A stretch of 64,000 nt of DNA. It comes from Ascoidea asiatica JCM 7603. Taxonomy: Eukaryota; Fungi; Ascomycota. Positions 35,717 through 46,807 of the stretch are shown one piece after another; position 1 is the first letter of the stretch, and each line of letters starts with the position of its first letter. The DNA is taken from NCBI GenBank assembly GCA_001600695.1, contig BCKQ01000001.1:1116732-1180731 (forward strand). Reading direction: 5' to 3'. Below the pieces are notes generated by a model. It saw only the letters and a list, made by a program, of their open reading frames with translations, was not told where the DNA came from and ran no database searches. The translations under genes were made by a program, and so were the position numbers.

Positions 35717-36178
35717 TGACTCCATTTCCTCCGCTTTTCTGTTGGCCATAGGTAAATTGAGATCCGATTATGGATTTGACTATGGATTTGAACAGTATAA
35801 ATCTGACTTTGATTCACACTTCAAATAATTAGTAAGTCTGCCCGCCCAAAAGGAATTTCTCGTCCCAACACTTAAATGACTGCATGCTGGGACAAGTTTT
35901 GACTCACTTCTAATTTTGCCGGGTGACTATGGATGATTCAGAGCCGCCCCACCTCTTTTTTCTGCATCTGTTCCGAAATTCTCCCAAGTAGTCGCAGATG
36001 ATTCTCTAGATGACTCTCCTGTCAAAAAATCCACTGCTGTGGGTTATTGATTTTGGATAAATCAGGATCTTTGTGGATGATTCAGGATGATTCATGGAAT
36101 TATCCAAACCCAGCGCAGAGGGACTCCAAGACGAAGCTCTACCGTAGTTTACAAAGTTCAACAAAAAATGACGAATCA
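35717..36178. promoter_or_regulatory. Cluster of TGAYT(C) motifs upstream of VHR1
   Basis: TGACTC 35717, TGACT 35777/35804/35877/35924, TGACTCA 35900, TGATTCA 35810/35934/36078/36088, TGATTC 35999, TGACTC 36011, GAATCA 36173. Confidence 0.6.
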
Positions 36179-36882
36179 CCAATATCCAGCCAGTCGCCTA
36201 ATGTCACATTGAAACATACAGTTTAAAAGTGGTAAATAGCTTTAAAATTAGCACGTGAGTACATCAATTTCTTTCCGACTTTCCGACTTTGAGATTTAAA
36301 TTTTCACTTGCCAGTAAACTTTTGATTAAAGTTCCCTGCATAATCTAGTAACTATTTTACTTTGATTAAAATTATTCCCGAGGTCTTTCGCATTGTAGTC
36401 AGTTTGTTTATATTGAACATGCTTTCCTAGTCGAGGTTCTAATATTGAAATAAATTCACTTACGAAGAGAAGAAAATAATACTATATATTATAGTACGAC
36501 TTTAACTTTTGAAAACCATATTATAAAGCTTAAAGCGTCTATAATCAATAAATGAAAAAAAAAATTTGAAAATATTGATACAATCAAAAATAAAAGATTA
36601 AAGAAAATTGATAAAATGAATGCAATAAAAATATTGTAAACAGGAATGGAGTTGAAAAAAATATAAAAGGAAAATTATTTAAATTAATTTGGAAAATGTA
36701 ATTGAACTTATTATAAATCTTTTGAAGAATAAAGTTAAAAGGAAAAAGTTGTTTGAATGCATTAATTAATAATCATTTCAAATGCATATCATCAGAATGA
36801 AGTTAAATAACATATCAACGATTAGTTGATCTGTCAGTAAAAAGAAAAAAAGTTGAAAAGAAATCGGAGATAAATCTTTTTC

Positions 36883-38795
36883 TTATTTCTTAGATTGAGA
36901 TGATTTCAATTCACTTAGTTTTTCTAGTCGAGCCATATTTCTAGCATCTCTGATGGCTTTTTCTTTAGCCATTCTTTTATTTGCCCAATCTCTTAATTTT
37001 TCACCATTTTTATAAACATATAAAGGGAATGGAATACCTAATGCAAATCCAATAAATGAAAAAATAGTACAACCCCAGCCATATCCGATATCATCGAACA
37101 TAATTGGTGCAAATAATGGAAATCCAAATCCAAATAAGGATCTAAAAGCAGCTAATGATGAAGCTGCAAATCTTGGACTCATATCAATTAAATAATTTTG
37201 AATACATTGAAACATACCAATAATTGCAAATGTAAAAAATGCCGAGGAAATTGCTGGTACAATCCAATGAACTTTTTTATCTGCTGTCCAACCAAATACT
37301 AATAAAGCTGCAGGTGCTATAATTCCAGATAAATAAAGATATTGTAGTCTAAATTCAGGTTTGCCAACACCATTATTCAATGCACAATTTTTATTATAAC
37401 CATTGTCAATAATTTTTGTCCAAATTATTATTCCAGCAATATATCCAATACCTAATGGAATATACATTAAACCTTGAATTCCAGTATTAAAACCATAATT
37501 TGATCCATAAACCTGAGGAAATGTTGTAACCAAAATATATAATAAACCATATAAAACTGCCATAAATGAGCCTAAACCAAAAACCATTGGATGAGTAAAT
37601 AATAGTTTCAATGGTCTAGAAATGTTAACATAAAATTTACCAAATACAGTTTCCCCATCAGCAATATCATAAATTGTAATTAAATTTTGATTTCCAGTTT
37701 CCTTTCTTAATTTTGCAGCTTTTTTTCTTAATAATGTTGGAGTATAAGATTCTTTATAAATAAAGGTACCAGAATTGCAACAACACCATTAATAATTAAT
37801 TGAATCCAAAATACCCATCTCCATTTAAGTTTTTCAACCACAAAACCAGCAATTACAGGACCAATAGCAGGACCTAAAGTTGGACCTAATCCATAAATTG
37901 AAGTCCAAAAATTACGATCCTTATCATTAAATAAATCTCCTAAAACACCAGCACCAATAGTTAATGGAGCTGCACCACCAGCACCTGCAAATAATCTACA
38001 AACAAGTAATTGAGTTGTATTTTGAGATAAAGCACAACCTAAATTAAAGAAAAACATTACCCAAATACCCAGATTTAAAATAATTTTTCTACCATACATT
38101 TCTGAAAATGGAGAAAGTATTAAAGGTGCAAAAGCCCAAGCCAATATAAATATTGAGATAATTAAAGCACTAACAGTTGAACTTGTTATATTAAAATCAA
38201 TTGCAATATCTTCAATACCTGGAGAAATCATTGATGAAGCAATTGGAGAAACAAAAGTATATGCAGAAATTAGAACAATTGTTCTAATTTTCTTAGCTCT
38301 TAGCCAATTTCTTGGAAATTCAGGATCATCATCTCCTTCCCAAGTTATTAATTCAGGATCAAGTTTCTTAAATTCTACACCATCTTTTTTAACATCTAAA
38401 TGAGAATTATCACCAACATTTTCTTCATTCATATTGTTTAATTTGGCTTCATCATCACTATCTTCATCTTCTTCTTCTCCAGTTGAACTTTTTCCATCAC
38501 TATCTAATTTAGTTGAAGATTCTTCATCTTAATTGATAGCCTTTGAAGTTCTATGGGATATAACACTTCTAATAGTCTGTCTTGTTCTTTCTCTGGTAAG
38601 TTCTACAGAAGCTAGATCTGGATTTTTACCATATATACTTTCTAAAGTATATTTTCTCTCCAAAGCATTACTTTCATTATTAATTGTTTTTTCATTCTCA
38701 AGATCTTCAAAATTACGAGGGTTTAAATCTTGCAAAGAAAGACCTCCATTAACAGAAACATCAGTTGAAGAACTAGTTGTTTTTAGGTCTGACAT
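36883..38795 (-). pseudogene. DHA1-family MFS drug:H+ antiporter, disrupted
   Basis: DHA1 motifs WEGDDDPEFPRNW, LSPFSEMYGRK, GPTLGPAIGP..GF.....WRW, PEFRL. In-frame TAA at 38531-38529 and a 1-nt deletion near 37771; the shifted frame continues GTFIYKESYTPTLLRKKAAKLRKETGN into ORF 36883-37611. Confidence 0.85.
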
Positions 38796-39948
38796 TATTT
38801 AAAATTAGACTTTGAGTTATATACTGGTAACTTTTGAATGTAATTTAAAAATCATTGAAAGTAAAAAAGGTTAAAAAAGAAGGTATAAAGTTCCTTTTAT
38901 ATTTTTCTCATATTTTCACCTAAAAAGCTCTAAGCCTATTTTCTAGAATATTTATCAGCACAAACAATACTATCATTAAATCTACGGTGCATAAAACGTT
39001 TCATAATATTAGAGCCACATTTTTCTAGAATCCAATAACCTTAATAAAATATCGAATTCGACTAGATTCAAACATTTTCAGTTATTTCAGATATATTCAA
39101 ATATTTTCACCTATTTTCCATTATTTTTCAAATAAATATTTTTAATTATGCTGTTATAAACAATAAACGGAAAATAGTCAAGGCTGGAAGGCTATTTTCC
39201 CTGATCAAACGGAACTATTTTTGGACAAAGACCCTGATGCACTTGAATTAAGAGTGTTCAGGCGTCGCGGTTTTCGGGACGTATGCAGCTCTCTCTTCCG
39301 GAAAGGAACTTTTTTGGTTTGTGACACGATTTTTACGACGTTTCTGAGAAATAAAAAAAAAAAGGTGTTTTGGGAAATGTGAAAAAGGTGCCAATCCTAA
39401 AAGAATTGGGTTTTAGCTGATAATCAGAGAACGAGTTGCCAGTAATTGCATTAACAAAATCTTTATTCATTGAAGAGAATTGCCAATTTCATAATAAAAA
39501 GATTTCAGAACTGAGATGTAGAAATTTACCCTGGTGTGCCTTCATCATTCCAATGAAACTAGGATTGTTTTAATTATCAATTCAATTATCTTATCGTGTC
39601 ATTTTGCCCTTTTTCCACTTTAATTTGAACAGAGCCACTTTCAGCTATTCACAATAAGTCTAATCTCACAATTATCTTATCTTACTATCTTTTTTTATTT
39701 TATATGTAAACAGATGTGAACACTAAAAACACTAAACCAAGAACTGAATAACTAAATTTTAAAAATGTAATAACAAAGTACTTGAAAAAAAAAAGAAAGA
39801 AATATCGAAGAAGAAAAACTTATCCAAAATATTTAATTAATTTAGCAGTAATATAGAAATTAAAAAAATTAAAAGAATTAAAAAAAATTTAAAAAAAAAT
39901 TTAAAAAAATATATAAAAAAAAGTTTCTGTATTCAAAAAAAAAATTTA

Positions 39949-42900
39949 TTATTCATCATCATGATCAAAGATTAAAACACTCTCCATTGCTCTACGAATG
40001 CTTTCAATGCCTTGACCCTCATTATCATCACTATTATCTTTTTCTTCATCATTTAAATCTACATTATATATATCATCATTATTTTTATTATGTTGCCCAT
40101 TTTTAGTATTAGACAATTCTGAAACTTGATGTTTCTTTTTATTTCCTTTATTTATATTTCCATTTTTATCAGCAAAAACTGGAACTCCAGAACCTCTACC
40201 AAATTTAAGAATATCAACAGTAAATCCATTACCGAATATTTCATAATTTTTTCTAAACATTTCTGGATCTGAAAATTCTTTAGTTTCAATTCCATTTTCT
40301 TCATTTTTTTTATCTTCATTAATAACATTGAAATCAAATAATCCAGTCTCTGTATCTAAAGGTTCCGTCATCGAAAATAAACTATTATTAAAATCTTTTG
40401 ATGTTAAAGAATCAATATATTTACTATTTCTATCAAAATTGAAATATCCAATTTGAACTTTTCTATTATTTTGAATTGGAGAAAATGGAAAACAAGTTTC
40501 TAATTCAATTTCTGATAATGGATCAATTAAATCATAACTGTCATCTTCAAGATTTTTTTTAACTTTTTCTTCATCATTATTCGTATTAACATTATCAGTA
40601 ACTTCTTCATCCTCAATATTATTATCATCACTTTTAATATTTTCTTTGATATTGTCATCGTTTATATTTGTTAAATAATCTGGAAGTAATGATTCATTAA
40701 TTGGATCCAAAGGTAAATCATATTTCCAATTTATTCTTCCATCTATAGGAGAAATAATATAAATTGAATTTTCATATTTATTATATGATAATATACAACT
40801 TTTTTCTTGTTCATAGCTATGATCGGCAGAATTATTATCATCATTATCATAAGTATCATTATTTTCAATATTACTATCAAAGTCAGTATTATAATCATTA
40901 TCAAAATTATTTGAGTTTAAAATCAGGGGAAGTTCAGCAATTCTTGGGCCAAGACAAATTTTTGAACTACCAATTCCAGATAAAACCCAACTATTATTAT
41001 TATTTGAATATTTAATATTATTATCAGTGAAATCATTAATTAAATTAGAAGTAAACCAATGAACAGAACCAGATTTATTTGTAACAACCCCAATTGAAGG
41101 ATCATTTGATGACCATAAAATATCATCAATTGAATTTGAAACCTTACCTCTATTAAATTCTGCAATTAATGAAATTTCATTACACATTTTTGTTAAATCC
41201 CAAATATATATATTATCACCTCTTTTATTTACAGTAATTAAATGAGAATTATAAGGAGATAAAGATAAATAAGATATACCACCAGAAGGTTTGAAAATTG
41301 ATAAGATTGAACCGGATATTAAATCTAAAATTATTATACAGTCTGATTTTTTATAAGTATGAGATATTAATTTATCATTATTTTTTTTAATAATATCAGG
41401 TATAAAAGTTGTGATAAATTCTTTCAAATTCATTAAATTATTTGTTTTATTATCAGAAGTTATTGCAGTTGCATTAGTAGTAATATTAATATACTCTTCA
41501 TCATTTTTATTTTTATTTTTGTTGGCCAAGTTATTATTGTTTACATCAAAATCATTTAAATAAGATTTTAGTTTATTTGAACTAAAATTTGAAATTTTAA
41601 AAAATCCATCAATTGCAACAGAAGACAAATTATTCATTAATCTATTCATTAAAGGAGCTGGATTTGGTAAATTTAATTGAGTTAAATTTTTGGAAATTGG
41701 TTGAAAAGATTTTAATTGATTTAAAATAAATGGAGAAGTTTTTTCAATAAAGTTTTCAGAAAATTCATCATTTTTCAAAGAAGAAGATAAGGATTTTCTT
41801 CTATTGAAAGAAGAATGGCGACTTCTTGAAGAATTATTATCAATAGATAAATTATTATTATTATTTTTAATAATAAAATTATAATCATTATCATTATCAC
41901 CATTATAGTTATCATTGATATTATTATTATTGTTATTTATATTATCGATTATATCATCATTAAGATCAAAATCATCATCATTATCATCATAAAAATTAGG
42001 AACATAAGCTAACCATCTACCAGAGATTGAGATTAGAGGATCTGAATTTGAAATTGAGTTTTTATTTAATTTTTTCTTTTTTTTACAATATAAATTAATA
42101 TTAATTGGGGTTGGCAATAAATTTTCAATGAAATAATTTGAATTAATTGAATTAGTTTTAGAATTAAGTTTATTTAAATTAAAATTTTTTTTAAAAATTG
42201 AAATATAACCTTCAATTGAAGAAATTAATATAAAGTTTGAATTAAATTGAGTATAAAATTTATAAGGTCCATTACCAGAAGAAATTGGAGGTAAAATTAA
42301 ATTTTTTGAGAAGTTTAAATTTAATTTTGAATTATTTGATTTCAAATTAATTGTATGGAATTGAATGTAATATTCATTATCGAATAGAATTGATAAAATA
42401 AAAGAATAAAAATGAATTGAATTAATTGATTGAATTGGAGTTATTGAAACAATTTTATAATTTAAGTTTTTATTTTTATTTTTATTTTTTTTCCTTAACT
42501 TATTATTATTATTATTATTATTATTGTTAGTATTGATATTAGTATCTAATGGAGATATGAATTTTGAAGCAATTAAATATAAAGTACCTCCATTAATTTT
42601 TGAATTTTTAGAATTGGATAAATTATTTTGTTGTATATCATTTGGATTTTTAAACCAATCCCAAATTTCTATATAATTATTATAAGCTAAAAATATTTCA
42701 GAATTTTGACCGAATTGAATAATTGGATTTGAATTTGATTGTAAATTGATGATTGAATTGAAGTTTGGTAATGAATTTTTTTTATTATTCAAAATTTTAT
42801 TTTTGATGATATTTTTATTTTTATTATCATTAGGATCTAATTGAATTTCACCATTGATGTTAATATTTGTGATTATATCTTCAATTTCATCATCTTGGTC

Positions 42901-43236
42901 ATTGTCATTGTCATTGTCTTTATATTTGTCTTTGAGATTTTCATTATCGCTATTATTATCATTATTATTATCATAATCATCTTCGTAATCATAATCATAA
43001 TTATTTTTATGTTTATTTTCTAAATCATTATGATTATTACTATTACTATTACTTTTTTTCTGTAAAAGTTGTTGTTGACGCTGTTGATCTATATTAATAT
43101 TTTTAGGGAATGAATTATTATTTGATAAAGCTTTATTATATAAATTTTTTAAAGTGGTTGAATTTTTTATAAAAGTACCTTTTTGAGGAGTTGATATTGA
43201 TTTAAAGATTCTTGTTTTATCATAACCTGAAGGCAT
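39949..43236 (-). CDS. BCAS3-like (PROPPIN-related) WD40 beta-propeller protein
   Basis: PLISISGRWLAY, ISYLSLSPYNSHLITV..RGDNIYIWDL, FNRGKVSNSIDDILWS, GSVHWF and LSEIELETC..F occur in the order recalled for BCAS3 / plant ATG18f-h. Confidence 0.65.
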   Translation of the reverse strand: MPSGYDKTRIFKSISTPQKGTFIKNSTTLKNLYNKALSNNNSFPKNINIDQQRQQQLLQKKSNSNSNNHNDLENKHKNNYDYDYEDDYDNNNDNNSDNENLKDKYKDNDNDNDQDDEIEDIITNININGEIQLDPNDNKNKNIIKNKILNNKKNSLPNFNSIINLQSNSNPIIQFGQNSEIFLAYNNYIEIWDWFKNPNDIQQNNLSNSKNSKINGGTLYLIASKFISPLDTNINTNNNNNNNNNKLRKKNKNKNKNLNYKIVSITPIQSINSIHFYSFILSILFDNEYYIQFHTINLKSNNSKLNLNFSKNLILPPISSGNGPYKFYTQFNSNFILISSIEGYISIFKKNFNLNKLNSKTNSINSNYFIENLLPTPININLYCKKKKKLNKNSISNSDPLISISGRWLAYVPNFYDDNDDDFDLNDDIIDNINNNNNNINDNYNGDNDNDYNFIIKNNNNNLSIDNNSSRSRHSSFNRRKSLSSSLKNDEFSENFIEKTSPFILNQLKSFQPISKNLTQLNLPNPAPLMNRLMNNLSSVAIDGFFKISNFSSNKLKSYLNDFDVNNNNLANKNKNKNDEEYINITTNATAITSDNKTNNLMNLKEFITTFIPDIIKKNNDKLISHTYKKSDCIIILDLISGSILSIFKPSGGISYLSLSPYNSHLITVNKRGDNIYIWDLTKMCNEISLIAEFNRGKVSNSIDDILWSSNDPSIGVVTNKSGSVHWFTSNLINDFTDNNIKYSNNNNSWVLSGIGSSKICLGPRIAELPLILNSNNFDNDYNTDFDSNIENNDTYDNDDNNSADHSYEQEKSCILSYNKYENSIYIISPIDGRINWKYDLPLDPINESLLPDYLTNINDDNIKENIKSDDNNIEDEEVTDNVNTNNDEEKVKKNLEDDSYDLIDPLSEIELETCFPFSPIQNNRKVQIGYFNFDRNSKYIDSLTSKDFNNSLFSMTEPLDTETGLFDFNVINEDKKNEENGIETKEFSDPEMFRKNYEIFGNGFTVDILKFGRGSGVPVFADKNGNINKGNKKKHQVSELSNTKNGQHNKNNDDIYNVDLNDEEKDNSDDNEGQGIESIRRAMESVLIFDHDDE

Positions 43237-44248
43237 ATTATAGTACTAAGATTGAATAACTGATTGATTAGTTGATTGATTGATTGATTGATTTAAAGAA
43301 AGAAGCATAGAAATAAACAACTAAACAAATAAATCAATAAATGAATAGAGGTAATTGATTGATTGTGTTTATTTATTATGTTTATAAGTAGTATATCAAT
43401 ATATTATTTATTAACTAACTTTGATGTTATAGGAATTATCTTGTATTTTATATTATCTCTTGTATCATAACTTGTATCATATCTCTTTATCTTGTATCTT
43501 GTATCTTTATCTCGACTGTATGCATATCTTTTATCTTGCCTTTATTGCCTTTGTTGCCCATACTTTTATTGTTGCCCATTCGTGTTACGCTGCACCAGCC
43601 ACAACCAGCCACCACTATCCTCACACCTCGTTCTTCGGACCTCACGTTTCGCATCTTTCGCGTCGCGTTTCACGTTGCCGGTTTCCGCAGAGCTCTCTTG
43701 TTATTGCCTATCGCAATCGAGGCATGCACCTGCACCGCCACACTATTCGAAACACACTTCGCATCTTTCTCCACAGATCCATGATCAAAAACCCATTTGC
43801 CACACGCCACACGCCACTAAAACTCGGTAGCCACTTATGTTTCGACCAGCTCCAGTGGCGTGCTCAGAATCCTACACCTGAAGGGAACCTTCTCAGCAGC
43901 GCCCGAAAGTGTCGAGAAGGTCGAGGGCAAACCGAAGGCTATAACCGAAGGAGCAGACCAGTTCCGAGGGCAGACAACATTTGTATGACACCCCATAATA
44001 AAACTGGTTGTTTGTTTGTTTGTCTAAGAAATGAGGTGATATTGTTAGATTTGTTAACAGAAGAGAAGAGGAATAGATTAGATAGATTAGATATGATTGA
44101 ACATTGAATATATCATATTAGATAGAATGGATATTGAATATATAAGGATGATCATATCCTTCTGAGATCTAATCATAATCATCCAATGATACGTATATTT
44201 CTTGTTAGTAAAATAATCTTGTATGCAAATTTATAATTGAGACTAAAA

Positions 44249-44980
44249 ATGCTTTCAACTACAATAACATCATTCCTAATTTTTTCAATTTTACAGTTCA
44301 ATGTAATATTATCTCAACCTATTCTTCAATCTTTTTTATCTTATTTACCTTTAAACAATAACCCACTTAATAATATTGATAATATTAATAATGAGAATGG
44401 TCCATATGATGTATATAAAGCTGCTTCTATTGCAAGAACTTTAATCAAAAGAGAATCCTTATTAAATATTAATGTTATTGATGCTATTGATAATTATCCA
44501 CTTTCATATACTGAATATTATTCAGATTGTTTAAATGATGGTAATTTACAAATGATAATGTTAAATATATCTTCTCTTTGGAAAAATATTAATGGAAATA
44601 GTAATAAAAATAATTCATTATTATCTGTATCCATTAGAACTGGTGATCATCAATTATTCGATATTGTCAATCCAAAATATCCAGGAAGTATACCTTCTTC
44701 GACTGCAGGTTCTCCAAGACTTATTTTAAAATGTTCAATCTCTTTACTTGACAATGATGAAAAGATCAATAATTTAACTGACATCTCAAACATTGAACAT
44801 TGTTTCACTAAAAGACATCCAGATTCCAAGCTTTGGTTACCTTCCAATTCAAAATCTGCTCATTCTGGCTTCTGGGTCAATTTCAATGTTCAGTCAATTT
44901 ACTTCATTGGTGGTTTTGGAAATTTAGCTTACATTGGTCCAATTCCCTTAGATTTATATCAAGCCGCAAAGGTTTTATGA
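44249..44980 (+). CDS. CREG-like secreted/vacuolar split-barrel (pyridoxamine 5'-phosphate oxidase-like) protein
   Basis: Signal peptide after ATG 44249; AASIARTLI, YPLSYTEYYSDC, SPRLIL, CFTKRHPDSKLWLP, IYFIGGFGNLAYIGPIP. Confidence 0.82.
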   Translation: MLSTTITSFLIFSILQFNVILSQPILQSFLSYLPLNNNPLNNIDNINNENGPYDVYKAASIARTLIKRESLLNINVIDAIDNYPLSYTEYYSDCLNDGNLQMIMLNISSLWKNINGNSNKNNSLLSVSIRTGDHQLFDIVNPKYPGSIPSSTAGSPRLILKCSISLLDNDEKINNLTDISNIEHCFTKRHPDSKLWLPSNSKSAHSGFWVNFNVQSIYFIGGFGNLAYIGPIPLDLYQAAKVL

Positions 44981-45273
44981 ATTTATCATTTTATAACTAA
45001 AGTACCTCGGTCGGTTCGATTCTCTCACCAGTTGTTATAAATATCATTCATTTCTTTCTTTGTTTATTTTATACAACTTTCTTTGGTTTTGTGTTGTTTT
45101 CATATAAAATATACTTTTTTTATTCAACAAATATTAAAATATTCATTAATAATATAAACTATTTTCATTAATTATGATAAAAAATGGATATTTTTTGTTT
45201 TGCTTTGTTTCTATTGTCATTATTCATTTATTCAATTCAATTGACATTACCTTTTTATAAACTTAAATATAAT

Positions 45274-45333
45274 TATAAATATAAATATAAATATAAATAT
45301 AAATATAAATATAAATATAAATATAAATATAAA
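45274..45333 (+). repeat. (TATAAA)10 microsatellite just upstream of the GPI-protein ATG
   Basis: Ten perfect TATAAA units ending 43 bp before ATG 45377. Confidence 0.93.
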
Positions 45334-45376
45334 TATATACAGTATATGATTAAATATTTATTAAATAATTCAAAAA

Positions 45377-46474
45377 ATGTTTTGGATATTTAAAATTCTT
45401 TTATTTTATTTTCAATTCAATTTAATTTATTCATTACCAAGAAATAAATCTTTATTTGATTTAAAAAATAAAAAAAATTCAATTCAAATTAAAAATGAAC
45501 CTTTTAAATTATTACCAATTGAAAAAAATGATTTTTTCTTAAATTCTTTATCAATTTGTAATAAAAATCAATTTGATAAATATGAAGATTTTAAAATTTG
45601 TGAAAATAGTATAAAAAAATCATATAGAATTTGTTCAAATTCAAATTTAAATTGTAAATGTTATTATATTGGTGCTTTAATTTCTGAATGTTTATTTAAT
45701 TATTGTAATGAAATTAATTATAATTTAAATACATATGAAATTTTAAGATCAAATTGTAATCAAAATCCATATATTTTAAATTCATTTCCAATTTCAAAAA
45801 ATATTAATTATAATCAAGATAATTTTAATCAAGATAATAATAATACTATTGTTTTTTTACAAGAATTAAAAAATTTGAAATTCAATTATGATATTAAAAA
45901 ATCAACTTTAGATATGGATACAAACGAAAATCAAAACAATAATGATAATAATAATGAAAATGAAATTAATATTAATCAATTCAAAATCTTTAATGATGAT
46001 AATGAATTTTATTCATCTCAATATAATAATCTTGAATTTTCTCAATTTGAAAGAGGTCCTTTAGATCAAGATCAAGATCGAGATTCAAATCAAAATTCAA
46101 AAACTTTATCTTCCGATGATGAATATGATGAAATTAAGGAAAAAGAATTATTTGAAAATAAAATGTTAATTGAAAAAGAAAATTTAAAACAAGTTAAACA
46201 AAATCCAGATTTTTTTAATTCAAATAATATTAAAAATTATTTATTTGAAAAAAATATTTCTCCAAATTTTGATAAACTTAATAACAACAACAACAATAAT
46301 AAAAATTCTTCCTCTTCCTCTTCCTATTCCTCTTCCTTGTCTTCCTCAACTACAAACAATTCAAATTCTTCAAGTCAAGATTTTTCAAATAATGCTATTC
46401 ATATTATTCAAGGTATCTCTTTTTTATTAAACTCAATAATAATTACTGTTTTGATAGCTTGCATTTTCCTTTAA
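45377..46474 (+). CDS. Predicted GPI-anchored surface protein with an 8-Cys CFEM-like domain
   Basis: Hydrophobic N-terminus; C-x13-C-x10-C-x6-CxC-x9-C-x4-C-x16-C; Ser-rich pre-omega region; SNNA followed by a hydrophobic C-terminal tail. Confidence 0.75.
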   Translation: MFWIFKILLFYFQFNLIYSLPRNKSLFDLKNKKNSIQIKNEPFKLLPIEKNDFFLNSLSICNKNQFDKYEDFKICENSIKKSYRICSNSNLNCKCYYIGALISECLFNYCNEINYNLNTYEILRSNCNQNPYILNSFPISKNINYNQDNFNQDNNNTIVFLQELKNLKFNYDIKKSTLDMDTNENQNNNDNNNENEININQFKIFNDDNEFYSSQYNNLEFSQFERGPLDQDQDRDSNQNSKTLSSDDEYDEIKEKELFENKMLIEKENLKQVKQNPDFFNSNNIKNYLFEKNISPNFDKLNNNNNNNKNSSSSSSYSSSLSSSTTNNSNSSSQDFSNNAIHIIQGISFLLNSIIITVLIACIFL

Positions 46475-46807
46475 ATCAAATTTGTTTTCTCTCATATCTT
46501 TATCTTTTATTTACTATATAGTTTTTATATACTCTTTATATTTTCTCAATATATTTATTTTCATACGCTTTTTTTTAAAAAAAAAGTTAAATTTTATTTC
46601 ATAAATGGTTGTTCCTTTCTGAGTGATGTTTTGATAACTGTAATAATAGTTATAATCAAAGTTGAAAAAGAAATTAAAAAGAACAAAAGAACAAAAGAGC
46701 AAAATAACAAAAAGGACAAAAAGTAATATATCTATGTAAAATACAATATTGAAAAACTCATTTTTTTAAAACATCATCCATAATGGAGAACAATAGTCGA
46801 CGACATT

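Noticed and set aside
38529-38531. Programmed stop-codon readthrough or stop reassignment
   Set aside because: TAA-G is a poor readthrough context, TAA ends many genes normally here, and the same gene has further lesions.
43460-44107. 215-aa ORF and overlapping ORFs
   Set aside because: The longest starts at TTG; they lie across a GC-rich promoter island where stops are rarer, and show no domain and atypical codon usage.
45184-45393. ORF with (KY)n repeat
   Set aside because: It is the translation of the TATAAA microsatellite.
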